A stretch of 56,339 nt of DNA from a virus (IMGVR_UViG_3300037246_000311:1-56339); one strand, 5' to 3'. Shown: positions 18,497 to 27,356, counted from the stretch's first letter. Made by a program: numbers and translations. Notes: generated by a model from the letters alone, not told the origin.

Positions 18497-18971
18497 ATAT
18501 CAAGGCAACACCGAAGAGCGCACCTACGACTCGCAACCACCGATCGCTGACGAGCAGCTGGTCCTGATCTACAAGATCTGGCGCAGGCGCCACGAGTCGA
18601 AGTACATCCCGAAGGATTACCTGGCCGCAGCCAAGTGGTGGCTCGAGCACCAGGAACCCCAGGGCAGGAACGAGGTGCCGCAGATGGACCACGACAAGAA
18701 GGGTGCGCCACATTGGAAGGTGCCGTTCATTGAACGAGTCGCTGCTACCTGGCTGACCTTCCTGGCATTCAGCGAACCGCAGAAGGCCTACGTCATCCAG
18801 CACATCGAGAGTGGTGTGCCGTACCGCGGCGACGACATCAGCTTCTACCAGGCGGTGGTCGAGGAGTCACCCAAGATGCTCGAGGCCAAGGCCTCACCGG
18901 AGGCCTGGGAGAAGTACATCACCGAAGCCTTCGCCGGTATGACCAAAGCGATCAAAGGGCTGCGGATGTGA
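18489..18971 (+). CDS. hypothetical protein (lambda P-like position)
   Basis: Overlaps the initiator stop; call rests on position only. Confidence 0.55.
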   Translation: MAEYQGNTEERTYDSQPPIADEQLVLIYKIWRRRHESKYIPKDYLAAAKWWLEHQEPQGRNEVPQMDHDKKGAPHWKVPFIERVAATWLTFLAFSEPQKAYVIQHIESGVPYRGDDISFYQAVVEESPKMLEAKASPEAWEKYITEAFAGMTKAIKGLRM

Positions 18972-19453
18972 AGGCCCAGCGATATGCCCTGGTCAACGCC
19001 GAGGTCGCCAAGAATGTAGTGACTGACATCATGGGCCGGCCAACCGATGGCACCATCGAGGTCGTCGTCCAGGCCTTGGCCACCAAGTCAGCACGGCAAC
19101 GTGGTTTGCAGCATCTGTGGTACGCCGATGTCGTGAAGAGCGGCCTGGGAGGTGAGCACGAATCTGCCGAGGATCTCCTGGACTGGGCATGCAAGTACAA
19201 GTGGTGCTTGCCGCTGCAGATCCAGGGCGATGCCAACTTTGCCGAGGTCTACCTGGGCTACTCCAGGAAATACAAATCAGATCCGGACAAGATGAAGTGG
19301 TTCGTGAAGGCCTTCGTTCACACCGAGCAGCTGTCGAACAATGAGATGGCATCTTACCTGACCAGCTTCCGCGATTACTATGACGAGATGGGAGTCAACC
19401 TTTCTGACCCAGATGAAAAAGGCTGGGCCAATTTACTGGAGCAAGTAGAATGA
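18968..19453 (+). CDS. NinB/YbcN-like protein
   Basis: S.RQ..L.H.W..DV ... T..LS..EM..YL pattern. Confidence 0.7.
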   Translation: MKAQRYALVNAEVAKNVVTDIMGRPTDGTIEVVVQALATKSARQRGLQHLWYADVVKSGLGGEHESAEDLLDWACKYKWCLPLQIQGDANFAEVYLGYSRKYKSDPDKMKWFVKAFVHTEQLSNNEMASYLTSFRDYYDEMGVNLSDPDEKGWANLLEQVE

Positions 19454-19644
19454 ACGATGACCTTGAAAACCTACAACACCAGATCAACAACCTGGCCGAC
19501 CGCCTCGATAACCTGGTGAGCCGTCTGAGCAATACCGAGCACGAGCTTACCCTCAAGATCGATGACGCCAGGAACGATGCCGAACGCGCAACCGACTCTC
19601 TGCGCACCGAACTGCAGAGTCTCGAACACAAGGTGGATTACTAA
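19450..19644 (+). CDS. small coiled-coil protein
   Basis: Heptad pattern; coupled start. Confidence 0.55.
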   Translation: MNDDLENLQHQINNLADRLDNLVSRLSNTEHELTLKIDDARNDAERATDSLRTELQSLEHKVDY

Positions 19645-19829
19645 TGAGCAGCGAAGAACGAGTAGCACGAGAAGTCGGGCGCCTGGCCCGACACGAGATC
19701 CAGGAAGAAGATTTTGATGCCGCTGTGGTATCAGAGAAAGAACGGATCCGGACACACATTCCACTGTGGCACCGGATCTTCCCATGGACCATCACCATTG
19801 AACGGAGAAAATACAATGACGACAACTGA
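19644..19829 (+). CDS. hypothetical protein
   Basis: TAATG junction. Confidence 0.55.
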   Translation: MSSEERVAREVGRLARHEIQEEDFDAAVVSEKERIRTHIPLWHRIFPWTITIERRKYNDDN

Positions 19830-20019
19830 TGTACAGAAGCCAGACCCGAAGGCAGCGATCGCCAAAGCACACCGCGAGATCGCTGAAGAGAATCAATCCA
19901 AGGCAGTGAAGATGCTGAAGATCAAGCTGCGCGAACTCGAGGCGGCGAAGGTCGTGGTCGAGAACGTCACGCGAGAGATCTCAGAGCTGGAGCTGAAGAT
20001 TGAACAGGGGAACATTTGA
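19816..20019 (+). CDS. small coiled-coil protein
   Basis: GGAG RBS before MTTTDV. Confidence 0.55.
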   Translation: MTTTDVQKPDPKAAIAKAHREIAEENQSKAVKMLKIKLRELEAAKVVVENVTREISELELKIEQGNI

Positions 20020-20605
20020 TTCACTGACCAGGCGCATGCTGTCCCGACCGATCGGGGTAGTGTGGGCCGGCTGGGAATCGAATACCCACCGCCTGCAACA
20101 GGGTGGCTGGGAGTTGGCGGTCGAGTACGATGTCCATCGCGACATGTACCGGCTGATGATTCACAGTCACCAGGGCGCCTTGTACGGTTTGAGCAATGCT
20201 ACCTACCTGGACAAGCGCCTGGCTGAAGCCTGGAACGAAGACATGCCGAAGTCATTCCAGATGCAGGGCCTGGCCAGATCCCTCGAGGTCATCCGACACG
20301 AGGAGATAGGGAACTCGTTCGCCAACTTCCACCAGATCGACGCGACACCACAGATGGTGGACCGCAAGATCGAGCGCATCGAGGACTTCAATATATTCCA
20401 AACCATCACGACCAGGGCCGACGAGATCATCATCGAGAAGGCAGACATGAGCGTGATCGAACACCTGCAGGCGATCAAGGATCTGCAGTCATTCGGCCAG
20501 GAAGAGATCCGCAACCGGATCCTGGACGACCGCGCTCGAGGTGAGAACGCCAGCCCCGATGTCACCATCCATACGAACATCGTGCAACTGAGGCCGGTGG
20601 CATGA
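20000..20605 (+). CDS. hypothetical protein
   Basis: WAGWES.T.RLQQ.GW motif; GC3-rich codons. Confidence 0.65.
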   Translation: MNRGTFDSLTRRMLSRPIGVVWAGWESNTHRLQQGGWELAVEYDVHRDMYRLMIHSHQGALYGLSNATYLDKRLAEAWNEDMPKSFQMQGLARSLEVIRHEEIGNSFANFHQIDATPQMVDRKIERIEDFNIFQTITTRADEIIIEKADMSVIEHLQAIKDLQSFGQEEIRNRILDDRARGENASPDVTIHTNIVQLRPVA

Positions 20606-21501
20606 GCAGCCACACCAGAAACTTTACTGACGGCTATGCCGAGTGGGACGAGGGCGACACCTGCTACATCAGCGTGGCCTTCACCTGGAAACTTAACCAG
20701 GCCTACGACCATGCCATGTTCGCCAAGGCGCTCGGCAAGACCGTCAAGATCGGAGGACCGGCGCTGTTCCTGAACCAGATGAAGCACCAGGTCTTCGAGG
20801 TTGCGGACGAGGTCGGCGGCGACTATCCCGAGGCAGTACTCAAACACAATCCCGATGCCACGTTCGCCAGCCGCGGATGTCCTGTCGGCTGCTGGTTCTG
20901 CATCGTGCCGGCGATGGAAGGCAAGGAGTTCACCCTGCTGCCTGACTTCATTCCCAGGCCAATACTCTGCGACAACAATCTCAGCGGCCTGCCGATCGAC
21001 TACCAGCAATACATCGTCGCCCAGTACCAGGGCATGGGCGTGAAGCTGCTCGATGCCAACTCAGGATTTGAGCCGCGCACCTTCACCCAGGAAGTCTACG
21101 AGATCTGGAAGGGCCTGATCGATGAGGGCGGTGGTCCCTGGCGATTCGCTTACGACGACATGGACGAGACCGACGAGGTCATGGCCGTGATGAAAATGCT
21201 CGAGGGAACCAGGTCCAAACGCAAGCGCGTGTACACGTTGATCGGCAACGAGCCGTTCGATGATTGCATGCGCAGAATCGAGGCAGTGATTGCCGGTGGC
21301 TGCGAACCATTTGCCCAGCCATTGATGAAGCTGAACGCACTCGACAAGAAGCCCTGGGTCCGATTCGACTGGACCGAGAAGCGGCTCAAAGATGTGGCGC
21401 GATGGGTCAACCGCAACCTGTACAAGTACTCGACCTTCGAGGAGTACGGTGGCGCCGTGAAGACCAGGCATATCTCGCTCGAGCAGGGAGTACTGATATG
21501 A
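20602..21501 (+). CDS. radical SAM protein
   Basis: SRGCPVGCWFC (CxxxCxxC), preceded by IGGP and followed by DNN. Confidence 0.85.
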   Translation: MSSHTRNFTDGYAEWDEGDTCYISVAFTWKLNQAYDHAMFAKALGKTVKIGGPALFLNQMKHQVFEVADEVGGDYPEAVLKHNPDATFASRGCPVGCWFCIVPAMEGKEFTLLPDFIPRPILCDNNLSGLPIDYQQYIVAQYQGMGVKLLDANSGFEPRTFTQEVYEIWKGLIDEGGGPWRFAYDDMDETDEVMAVMKMLEGTRSKRKRVYTLIGNEPFDDCMRRIEAVIAGGCEPFAQPLMKLNALDKKPWVRFDWTEKRLKDVARWVNRNLYKYSTFEEYGGAVKTRHISLEQGVLI

Positions 21502-21857
21502 GCGTTGCCTGCAGCTGCGATGACGGTGACGGCTGGTACTACTATGGCCCCAATGACTGGATCGTGCTCGAGACTAAGCGATCGCGCAAATGCCTTTCAT
21601 GTGGTGAGCGCATCGCTGTCGGTGAAGAGTGCGCCAGCTTTCCCAGGTACCGACCGAGCCGCGACGATGGCGGCGACGACTGGCTCGAGGAGCGCATCTA
21701 TGGCGACGAGGTCCCGATGGCTACCTGGTACGCATGCGAGACCTGTGCCGGCGTGTACTTCTCGATCACCGAGCTGGGCTACTGCGTCATGATCGGTGAC
21801 GGTATGACCATGAAAGAAAACGCACGAATGTGTGGGCAGGGGGAGATCTGGGAATGA
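21498..21857 (+). CDS. Cys-rich zinc-binding protein
   Basis: CSC, CLSC and CETC motifs; GGAG RBS. Confidence 0.65.
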   Translation: MSVACSCDDGDGWYYYGPNDWIVLETKRSRKCLSCGERIAVGEECASFPRYRPSRDDGGDDWLEERIYGDEVPMATWYACETCAGVYFSITELGYCVMIGDGMTMKENARMCGQGEIWE

Positions 21858-22153
21858 GCAAGATCACCGAAAGTGCTCGAGGCGAACAGTGCCTGATCCG
21901 GATCCCTGGCGTGTGCAACCGTGACGACTCGACCACCGTGTTCTGCCATGACCCAGTCGGGTCCGGACTGTCGATCAAGTGGCCCGATACCGAGGGTACC
22001 TACGGCTGCTCTGACTGTCATGATCTGATCGACGGTCGGGTACCGCCGCCAGCCAAGAAACTGTACAGCCGGCAGGACATCCTGGTGATGTATTACGAGG
22101 GCGCCAGGCGCACCCGAATCAAACTACTCGAGAAGGAGCTGATCAAAATATGA
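21854..22153 (+). CDS. DUF1364/YbcO-like putative nuclease
   Basis: SARGEQC.IRIPGVCN...TTV.CH ... CS.CHD.IDG. Confidence 0.85.
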   Translation: MSKITESARGEQCLIRIPGVCNRDDSTTVFCHDPVGSGLSIKWPDTEGTYGCSDCHDLIDGRVPPPAKKLYSRQDILVMYYEGARRTRIKLLEKELIKI

Positions 22154-22329
22154 ACAGCCACGAGATCCTGAAGCAGCTGAACCGGCTGCTGGTCAACCGT
22201 AACATCGACACCCGAACACAGCTGATCATCCAGCAGGCCATCCAGCACATCAAGCTGCAGGGTGCCGAGCTGCAGACGCTGAAGGATGACATCACCGACA
22301 TGACGATACCTCATGAAAACGAGAGCTGA
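22150..22329 (+). CDS. hypothetical 59-aa protein (not in ORF track)
   Basis: MNSHEILKQL...; ATGA overlap. Confidence 0.5.
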   Translation: MNSHEILKQLNRLLVNRNIDTRTQLIIQQAIQHIKLQGAELQTLKDDITDMTIPHENES

Positions 22330-22423
22330 AATTGCACGACAGCGGAGACTGGATAAGGCGACCTTCTGGTCCTCCGTGATCATCACCATAGTACTGGTCG
22401 TCTACATAATATGGATCTACTAA
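22313..22423 (+). CDS. 36-aa single-TM membrane peptide (not in ORF track)
   Basis: MKTRAEIARQRRLDKATFWSSVIITIVLVVYIIWIY*. Confidence 0.45.
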   Translation: MKTRAEIARQRRLDKATFWSSVIITIVLVVYIIWIY

Positions 22424-22436
22424 TCCGGAGAAAAAC

Positions 22437-22775
22437 ATGACTACATTAGTCCAACAAGTTGAAGACCTGAAGAAGGAAAACAAGGGCCTCAAAATGACTG
22501 TCACCAAGCAGTCAAAGAAGCTCAACGGCGCATCCACCGGCAAGGCCCTGGCCACCGGCAAACGAGTACTCGTACTCGAGGCTGATGTCGAGCAGCTGAC
22601 CGCGGAACTCGATGCCAGCCGGCGCGAGTGCGGACAGCTGGTCAAGTCAGCTGATTTACTGGAGAACACCGTGTCCTTCCTTGAACGACAGTGCGGCCAC
22701 TTCCAGCAGATGATTTTCCACACCGCTTCAGTCTCAGTCTGGAAGGTGCTCGAGCATGGTGAATCACCAAAGTGA
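22437..22775 (+). CDS. coiled-coil protein
   Basis: GGAG RBS; heptads. Confidence 0.6.
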   Translation: MTTLVQQVEDLKKENKGLKMTVTKQSKKLNGASTGKALATGKRVLVLEADVEQLTAELDASRRECGQLVKSADLLENTVSFLERQCGHFQQMIFHTASVSVWKVLEHGESPK

Positions 22776-23014
22776 TCGTCAACGGTTACAAGCCCCTCAG
22801 TGACTGGTATGTCCTGGGGGCAATCTGTTTCGTGATGATGCTCATCGGTATGATCCTCGGCCAGGTCCTGAATCCACTCCCCAGGGAGATCCAGGAGGTC
22901 CGAGTCGAGCTGATGAGATGTCATCGCGAAACCCAGGAGGTCTGCTCCCTGGTGACCATGCCGGCCAGCTCCCACGCCGCGGTCTATCTTCTGTATTCTC
23001 AATACGTTAAGTGA
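22772..23014 (+). CDS. small membrane protein
   Basis: One TM helix. Confidence 0.5.
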   Translation: MIVNGYKPLSDWYVLGAICFVMMLIGMILGQVLNPLPREIQEVRVELMRCHRETQEVCSLVTMPASSHAAVYLLYSQYVK

Positions 23015-23041
23015 TAGAGTGGCGCGGATCCGGAGAACGCC

Positions 23042-23428
23042 ATGACAGAACTCGAGCTGACGTATCCACCGTCAGTCAACAACTACTACACCAAGTGGTG
23101 CCAGTACGTTGCGAAGGCCAGCAAGCACGTTGTGAAAGTAGCCGTTGGCGATCGCGGGATGGCGTATCGAGCTGAAGTTCGCCGGTACAAACTGGTCACC
23201 CTCAAGAATCCACAACCACTCAAGGGCCGGCTCTCGATGGAGTGCCAGCTCTGGGCGCCCGACCGAAGGAAGCAGCACTACAACATCGACAACTTTCTGA
23301 AGTGCCTGCTGGACGCCATCACCTACGCTGGAATCTGGATCGATGATGACCAGGTCGATGTGCTCCTGATCCACAAGCGAGGCGTCGAGGCGCCAGGCCG
23401 AATCATCGTTACACTGAGGGAAATATAA
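23042..23428 (+). CDS. rusA: RusA-family Holliday junction resolvase
   Basis: L.YPPSVN, PDRR..NIDN.LK.LLDA...IW.DD.QV. Confidence 0.9.
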   Translation: MTELELTYPPSVNNYYTKWCQYVAKASKHVVKVAVGDRGMAYRAEVRRYKLVTLKNPQPLKGRLSMECQLWAPDRRKQHYNIDNFLKCLLDAITYAGIWIDDDQVDVLLIHKRGVEAPGRIIVTLREI

Positions 23429-23979
23429 TGGGAGATCGATTCGATGAAGAGCAATGCCCGATGTGCGGGTTCCATGAACTACACTCGGTCAGCTTCAGAT
23501 CTGCCGGTGATCCACTGGTCACCATCATTGGCTTCTGGCCCATCGAAGAAGACCAGCACAGGAACTATGACGACCGGCGAATATCCAGGTGCCACTACCG
23601 AACGGTATGCAATCACGCGCACTGGGATCTACAAATAATCGAAGAGCCTGGGCAGGCGATGATACCGAAGGGCGTACCCGTCATCGGTGTTGACGAGCCG
23701 TACAAACTCAATCCCCAGGGACCAGTGCATGTGAGCAAAGATCCACCCGAGCACATCCATGAGCTGGAGAATTTCATGCACCCAGCATCGGCCACTTACA
23801 TCCTGGGCAACACGCACTACCAGAGGCCGAGCGATCACTTCGACTGTGACCAGCTGGTCGGCATCATAATGGATGACCTGGACGCCGCGGAGTATTCGCC
23901 GTTCTATGGGAACCAGATGGCCGCGATGATCTGGTACGATCGAAAGCTGAAGGGATCCAGCTACCTGGATATTGAGTGA
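23428..23979 (+). CDS. SPOUT (SpoU/TrmH-like) methyltransferase-like protein
   Basis: VPVIGV.E, L.NF.HP..A.YI.G, CD.LV.I, A.MIWYDR..K resemble the SpoU core. Confidence 0.5.
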   Translation: MGDRFDEEQCPMCGFHELHSVSFRSAGDPLVTIIGFWPIEEDQHRNYDDRRISRCHYRTVCNHAHWDLQIIEEPGQAMIPKGVPVIGVDEPYKLNPQGPVHVSKDPPEHIHELENFMHPASATYILGNTHYQRPSDHFDCDQLVGIIMDDLDAAEYSPFYGNQMAAMIWYDRKLKGSSYLDIE

Positions 23980-24215
23980 TGGATCCTGAAGACAGATTTG
24001 TTACGCTGAAGATTGTCAACGACAAGCTGGCAGCTCAACCGATCATGCACGAGGTGGTCCAGCGGTGGGAAGATGTCGCCAACATCATGATCAAAAAGTT
24101 CATGGCCTCGAAGGAGTTCGACAGGTACGTCCAGGATGTCTTCACCCTGGGTACAGGCCGCATCGACATTGGTAAATGGGTACTGGAGAATTTTGATGAT
24201 ACTAACAAGACGTAG
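23976..24215 (+). CDS. hypothetical protein
   Basis: Coupled ORF. Confidence 0.55.
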   Translation: MMDPEDRFVTLKIVNDKLAAQPIMHEVVQRWEDVANIMIKKFMASKEFDRYVQDVFTLGTGRIDIGKWVLENFDDTNKT

Positions 24216-24750
24216 GTTTTTGCAGAGCGTAGCAGCCAGCACCCTGTTCGTGGCGCCGGCAATCGTCAGGTCCGAAAGCCTGATGAAGATCTTCATACCA
24301 GGCCAGCGCGTCAAGTTCCGTGTGCCAGATCTCCGCGGACATTTCGCAACCAACCCCGAGCCGATGAACCTCCCTGCCCAGCGTGAGATGACAGCGACCG
24401 AGGTCCTCGAGCGCCGTGAGGAAGTCAAGACAACCTGGGCGAAGCGTTGGAACGATCACATGCATGAGGACAACGCCAGGCAGATGATGCAGGCCGCGGC
24501 AACGAAAGCGGTCAACGAGAAGATCGACGCCGAAATTTACAGCCAGCTCCAGGGACACGAGATCACTGGCGTGTGGCTCGATGAATCCGATGTGGTCAAG
24601 AACCAGGTCGCCTACCACATTGAACAGAACACCGGCCAGGTCCAGGCATTCACCGATCACCCGATGGGTTGGATCCCCTGTGATGGCCGTGAGCTGTCAG
24701 CGATCGAGCACCCGAATCTGTACATGGTCCTGGGCAACAAGTATGGATAA
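24196..24750 (+). CDS. Tat-leader mosaic protein of collar, portal, capsid and terminase motifs (candidate immune decoy)
   Basis: GGAG RBS at 24185; TRRRFL leader; segments match this genome's own tail fibre, portal, capsid and TerL. Confidence 0.75.
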   Translation: MILTRRRFLQSVAASTLFVAPAIVRSESLMKIFIPGQRVKFRVPDLRGHFATNPEPMNLPAQREMTATEVLERREEVKTTWAKRWNDHMHEDNARQMMQAAATKAVNEKIDAEIYSQLQGHEITGVWLDESDVVKNQVAYHIEQNTGQVQAFTDHPMGWIPCDGRELSAIEHPNLYMVLGNKYG

Positions 24751-24934
24751 CGTCATCCCATTCCCCAGGCGCAAGCGAATCATCGTTGATGACTTCCGAC
24801 TCACGCCTGACCAGGCAGTAGCTGTCGGTAATTGGGCAGAGCAAACCCTCGAGGTCATTGAAGCCGAGATCATGCAAGACGACCTGGACGATGCGATCCG
24901 TAGAGTCCTCCGACAAGAGGGCCTGATCGAATGA
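24743..24934 (+). CDS. hypothetical protein
   Basis: Start MDNVIPFPRR overlapping the upstream stop. Confidence 0.55.
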   Translation: MDNVIPFPRRKRIIVDDFRLTPDQAVAVGNWAEQTLEVIEAEIMQDDLDDAIRRVLRQEGLIE

Positions 24935-25236
24935 CAGATCCTCGAGGACCAACCTGGCGAATAACAGCAAGCGGTCACCGCTGTGGCTGGCCTGGCTGCG
25001 AGGAGTTCATCGCTGGCCGGCTATGGGGATGTCGTGACCACTGGCTCCTGGTGCCTGTCAAATTGCGGGACGCATACATGGAAGCTGGATCCGGACAACA
25101 GAAGATCGGGGTCAGCATCCAGGAGAAGCCATCAGTCATGGCGGTCGATCAGGACATCCAGCACTGGGTGCGCCATCAACACAGCTCGGCTCATCTCCTG
25201 GGCATCACGAGCTACCCGCCTGATGATGCGGCCTGA
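24931..25236 (+). CDS. small Cys/His zinc-binding phage protein
   Basis: HRC.WPGC.....LWGC..HW..VP..LR motif. Confidence 0.65.
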   Translation: MTDPRGPTWRITASGHRCGWPGCEEFIAGRLWGCRDHWLLVPVKLRDAYMEAGSGQQKIGVSIQEKPSVMAVDQDIQHWVRHQHSSAHLLGITSYPPDDAA

Positions 25237-25853
25237 TGGTTAAGAAAAAGCCAGCGAAGAAGATAGTCACGCCGGCTGCGAAGAAGAGAGCGCAGCTGAT
25301 GAGGGCTGAACGTGCCGATGGGATCAAGCGCGAGAAGTTCTGCCAGCACTATGTCCTGACCCAGAACGCGACCGAATCCTACCAGGTGTCACACGGCACA
25401 AAGGCCCGACCGATCCAGGACAACACCGCGGCCACAGCTGGTTGGCGCCTGCTGAGAAATAGTGAGATCCACAGCAGGCTGAAGGAGCTGCGGATCCATG
25501 GCCACGAGCACCTGATGGTCAGCTTCGAGGAAACCCTGCAGGAGATCGGTGGCCTGGCCATGTTCGATCCCAAGGATATGTTCGATGACAATGGCCGAGT
25601 ACTACCGATCCACGAGATGCCGATCGTCGCCAGGAAGATGATCCACGAGTTCAAGCAGTACACCACCGAGAGCACCAACGACGAGGGCGATGTCACCGCC
25701 ACCAGGTACGAGACCGAGATCAAGTACGGCAAGGACAAGGGCAAGTACCTGGACATGGTCATGAAGTTTTACAACGCCTACCAGGAGCACCAGAAGGCTG
25801 GCAGTGGCATCATCGTCGTGCAACAATACTGCGCCCAGGATGCCAACTTGTAG
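25236..25853 (+). CDS. terS: terminase small subunit
   Basis: EKFC..Y....NAT..Y, A...G.RLLRN..I; directly upstream of TerL. Confidence 0.85.
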   Translation: MVKKKPAKKIVTPAAKKRAQLMRAERADGIKREKFCQHYVLTQNATESYQVSHGTKARPIQDNTAATAGWRLLRNSEIHSRLKELRIHGHEHLMVSFEETLQEIGGLAMFDPKDMFDDNGRVLPIHEMPIVARKMIHEFKQYTTESTNDEGDVTATRYETEIKYGKDKGKYLDMVMKFYNAYQEHQKAGSGIIVVQQYCAQDANL

Positions 25854-25859
25854 GTAGAC

Positions 25860-27356
25860 ATGAGTTTCAGTCCAGCTGCTGATGCACCCCTGAAGTTCCA
25901 GTACAAACTAACGTCCGACCAGATGTCGGCCATGAATAACCTGTCCGCTGACGCCACGCACTGTGCGCTCGGTGGGGGATCCCGCAGCGGCAAAACCTTC
26001 CTGATCGTCCGAGCCATCTTCATGAGGGCCTGCGGCGTACCCAACAGCCGGCACCTGATCTGCCGCTACCGCTTCAACGTCTGCAAGACAGCCATCGGCC
26101 TCGACACCGTGCCGAAGGTGGTCAGGCTGTGCTTCCCCGAGCTGCCACCTGCCGATGACATGCTCGACAAGACCGACTGGTACTACAAGCTGCCGAACGG
26201 ATCCGAGGTATGGATCTCTGGCCTGGACGAGGAGAAGCGCGTCGAGAAGGTCCTGGGCCACGAGTATGCGTCGATGTTCTTCAACGAGTGCAGCCAGATT
26301 CCCTGGAAGTCGGTCGAGACTGCGCTGACCAGGCTGGCCCAGAAGACCAGCTGGGACGAGTACGACAAGGACGATGTGCTCATTGCCAGGCACAAGGGCC
26401 TGAAGCTGAAGGCCTACTACGATCTAAACCCGCCGAGCAAGCGACACTGGTCCTACATTCGATTCATCTCGAAGAAGGATCCGGAGCCACCGCATCGAGT
26501 CCTGCGCAACGAGTTCGATTACAACTATCTCACAATGAATCCGCATGGCAACGCGGCGAACCTGGATCCCAAGTACCTGTCGCAACTCGAGGCCCTGGGG
26601 GAGGCGGCGAAGAAACGCTTTCTCTATGGTCAGTGGGCAGATGATACAGATGGATCCCTCTGGACCGAGGAGACCCTGTCGCAGAACAGAGTGCTCGGCC
26701 AAGAAGGGCAGAGGCTACCTCAGTGGCTTCGTGTTGTTGTTGCCGTGGATCCCAGTGGTACCAAGGGCCATGAGGACAAGCGATCAGACGAAGTCGGGAT
26801 CGTTGTCGTCGCTCTTGGTACCGATGGGCATGGGTATCTGATCGAGGATCTATCGATCAAGGCACCGCCCGAAGTCTGGGGCAAGATCGTTGCCGATGCA
26901 TACGACAGGCACAGCGCCGATCGGATTGTTGGCGAGGTCAACTATGGTGGCGACATGGTACGCGCCGTCATCCAGGCCCAGGACCCCAAGCTGCCATTCA
27001 CTGCAGTCACAGCGAGTCGAGGCAAGGAGGTTCGAGCCGAGCCGATCAGCGCCATCTATGACCAGGGCAACATCCATCACATTGGCTACTTCCCTGAACT
27101 CGAGGAGCAGCTGATGGCCATGTTGCAATCTGGCTACGTTGGGCTGAGATCACCCGACCGAGCTGACGCCATGATCTGGGGATTCACTGAGCTGTTCCCG
27201 AAGATGGTGAAGAAGGAGCACGGCCCGAGCATCCCGCCGAAGATCAACCTGGCACCCAGGTCAGCCAGGAGCCACAAGTACGCGCAGAATCAGAACGTCA
27301 AAGTCAACACATCAGGAGGGGGGGCAACCCGCCGCCGAATCCGGAGAAAGATATGA
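25860..27356 (+). CDS. terL: terminase large subunit
   Basis: Walker A GGSRSGKT, Walker B variant MFFNE, LNPP, nuclease VAVDPS, GKEVRAEP, SPDRADA. Confidence 0.95.
   Translation: MSFSPAADAPLKFQYKLTSDQMSAMNNLSADATHCALGGGSRSGKTFLIVRAIFMRACGVPNSRHLICRYRFNVCKTAIGLDTVPKVVRLCFPELPPADDMLDKTDWYYKLPNGSEVWISGLDEEKRVEKVLGHEYASMFFNECSQIPWKSVETALTRLAQKTSWDEYDKDDVLIARHKGLKLKAYYDLNPPSKRHWSYIRFISKKDPEPPHRVLRNEFDYNYLTMNPHGNAANLDPKYLSQLEALGEAAKKRFLYGQWADDTDGSLWTEETLSQNRVLGQEGQRLPQWLRVVVAVDPSGTKGHEDKRSDEVGIVVVALGTDGHGYLIEDLSIKAPPEVWGKIVADAYDRHSADRIVGEVNYGGDMVRAVIQAQDPKLPFTAVTASRGKEVRAEPISAIYDQGNIHHIGYFPELEEQLMAMLQSGYVGLRSPDRADAMIWGFTELFPKMVKKEHGPSIPPKINLAPRSARSHKYAQNQNVKVNTSGGGATRRRIRRKI

Noticed and set aside
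24136-24195. Upstream start for the mosaic protein as given in the ORF track
   Set aside because: Overlaps the previous gene; the ATG at 24196 has a GGAG RBS and places the RR motif at the N-terminus
24196-24750. Ordinary tail-collar protein or decayed fibre pseudogene
   Set aside because: Collar halves are in reverse order and the middle matches portal, capsid and terminase; the frame and RBS are intact
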